In this document: positions 61,830-64,000 of the stretch, piece after piece
How positions within the stretch are numbered: the stretch's first letter is position 1
Layout: every line of letters starts with the position of its first letter
Assembly (NCBI GenBank): GCA_964016885.1
Contig: OZ024743.1
Coordinates: forward strand, 126,914,001 to 126,978,000
Source of the DNA: Eledone cirrhosa
Lineage: Eukaryota
Length of the DNA stretch: 64,000 bases
Reading direction: 5' to 3'
The notes under the pieces: model-generated
Told to the model about the DNA's origin: nothing
What the model saw: the letters and a program-made list of their open reading frames with translations, nothing else
Database searches by the model: none
Program-made: the position numbers and the translations under genes

Positions 61830-63660
61830 GCTGGAGAAAGGTCCCAGCAAGATATCAGGTGACATGGTGCTGGAATAATATAGTAGAAAGAGCCATTGAA
61901 ATTAAAAGACAAGCCTGGAGAGACAGGAGGAATGGAGGAGACAGAAAGCAATACCAGGTAGTTAGAAGAGAAGCCAGGTGCCAAGTGAGCAGAAAAGAAA
62001 AAGTGTGCACATGTTCTGCGTCACGAGTATCAGAAGTGTGAAGATTGCGAGATAGTGTGTTAGAGAAAATCATGATGTAATTTGGGAAAAGTCTGTCCAA
62101 AATTACAGTGGAGCACTTGCCCTATCTGACACTAAAAAGAAGGAGGCGTGAGAGGCTGCTGAACGAGGAAAATAAATGGGAGAGTGAGGGCTTAACCCAT
62201 CCAAATAAGGTGGCAGCCATAAAAGTTGACAGCAGTGTGATAAAGCAATAAAAGACATGAAGGTAGGGAAGATAGCTGGCCCATCCGATATAGTCGCTGA
62301 GATGCTAAAAGCATCAGACATTGTAGGATAAAAAGTACAGTAAGCCCTGAACTTATGAAGGAGTTACTTCCAAGAGGACGTCCGGCAGTTGATTCATTCA
62401 TAAGTTGATCGACTAACACAGTATGTACTAATAATCCCATATATGTTACATTGATCATGCAAGCGTGGAAGATGGACGTTAAACGATGATGATGATGATG
62501 ATGATTGATACTGCAAGTTTCCATATGAGTGATATATATATATATATACAGTATATATAACATGTAATAATGAATTTAACTACGTTAAAGCTAATGACAA
62601 GTTGTTAAAGAAAAAAAGTACTTTTTCAATTCTGTGAAAGCAGAATGGTATCCCATACCATAGGTATGATTTGGGCTTGTTTTTATGCTGCAAAAGAAGG
62701 AAAGCAGAGCCCGAAAGAGCCCACAAAAACGAACCCATCCCGGAACAACAAAATGTCATCCTTCAGGCCATCACTGAGGAGTTTGAAACAGGCAGTCTCC
62801 TGTAGGAGAGTTGGAGTCAACATTTCAAGTATAGAAGAAGACACTAGAGTTAAAAGGCCTAAAAGTAAACTTAGCAAAGTCGAAAATCCTAATAAGTAGG
62901 AAAGAAGACAGGAGAGTGACACCTCAGGGAAGTGGCCTTGTTCGATATGTCAGAAATTCCAGTACACATAGTGTAATTTATGAATTCTCAAGAGATGTTG
63001 TGGCATTGCAGGTAGGCTAACAGAAAAGACTTTCTATGCAGCAGATGCACAGAAGCAAGCACTAAGAGCACACATGAAATAGATTCCTTCAGTTGCCAGG
63101 GAGTCTCCTTAGAAATAACTGACAGCTTTTGTTACAAATTAGCATTGGGGGAGGATGTACTGAAACTGTGATAGCTAGGATAAGAACAGGCTGGAAGAAG
63201 TTTAGAGAGCTACTACCGCTGCTGACAACAAAAGGCTTTTATCTCAGAGTGAAGGGTAGACTATATGGTGCATATATGTGAGCTGCAAGGCTACATGGCA
63301 GTGAAACATGGGCTTTGACTGCAGAAGACTTGTGGAAGTTTGAAAGAAACGAATCTAGTATGCGCCAGTGGATGTGTAATGTTAGTGTGCATGAGTGACA
63401 CAGCATAAGCAAACAGGAAAAAACTTGACATAAGAGGAATTGGATGCAGTGTGCAAGAAAGACTGCGTTGGTATGGAGATGTGATGCATATGGAAGATAG
63501 TAGCTGCATAAAAAATGCATAGAAACTCCAGTGGCTGGGACCTGTGGAAGATGCAGACCCAGGAAGCCATGAGATGAGGTTGTGAAGATTGACTTTCAAA
63601 AACTAAACCTCACAACAGAAATGACAAAAGGGCTGGCGCTATGTTGTGCTGATGAAGATC
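61830..63660 (+). mobile_element. highly decayed RTE LINE fragments in the MAD2 intron
   Basis: MKVGKIAGPSDIVAEMLKAS, SGKWPCSIC, GWKKFRELLPLL, LRWYGDVM. Confidence 0.8.
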
Positions 63661-64000
63661 TGGACATCATACAATATGGCCTAACTTATCCCAATACACC
63701 CACCCCCACCTTTAACCAGCACTCCCTAGCAACTATACTTAGCATCACTACACCACCACACCCTTGCTTCCTTCACTCATTAACTACAGCCTCCTCCAAA
63801 GCCCTTTGATACCCTCACTATTGCACCCTCCCACCAGCTGCTATCCTCACCATCACTATCACCCCATAGCTATTCTCTCCACCCCAACCCCGCTTTCTGG
63901 CACTGGTGAGTACCACCCCTACCCCAGTGCTAATGACCACCATTCACACCATTTCCACCATTGCAAACCCTTCAACCCTGTCAAATCAAATCAAACTTGC

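Noticed and set aside
60731-64000. Further upstream MAD2 exon (ERWQF motif)
   Set aside because: Not found; presumably lies beyond the right edge of the window.

Overview
AT-rich, repeat-dominated animal genomic DNA. The tRNA/Deu-Nin-type SINEs, RTE LINEs with (GAT)n tails and Penelope remnants in (TA)n tracts suggest an octopod cephalopod (inference). The only host protein-coding sequence I recognise is the last two exons of MAD2 (MAD2L1) on the minus strand (60730-60627 and 58171-58005). The left half is a tandem segmental duplication (~2801-20747 and ~20748-34710) joined by a chimeric SINE. Each copy carries an apparently identical minus-strand promoter (TATA, perfect CRE, C/EBP, CCAAT, AP-1) and first exon, with an ATF4-like two-uORF leader and a GTGAGT donor; the gene is unidentified. 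At least seven distinct hammerhead-ribozyme-like motifs occur, three or four apparently intact, mostly in small Penelope-type elements in (TA)n microsatellites. One is a copy-2-specific palindrome with an intact hammerhead on each strand. Also present: a CRE-clade retrotransposon with a PHD finger, RTE elements with a PHD finger inside the RT C-terminal region, tandem Helitrons inside a hAT MITE, and a four-level mariner>CR1>LTR>SINE nest. Almost all other ORFs in the track are transposon fragments or noise. Coordinates of decayed repeats are approximate and identities are judged by eye.
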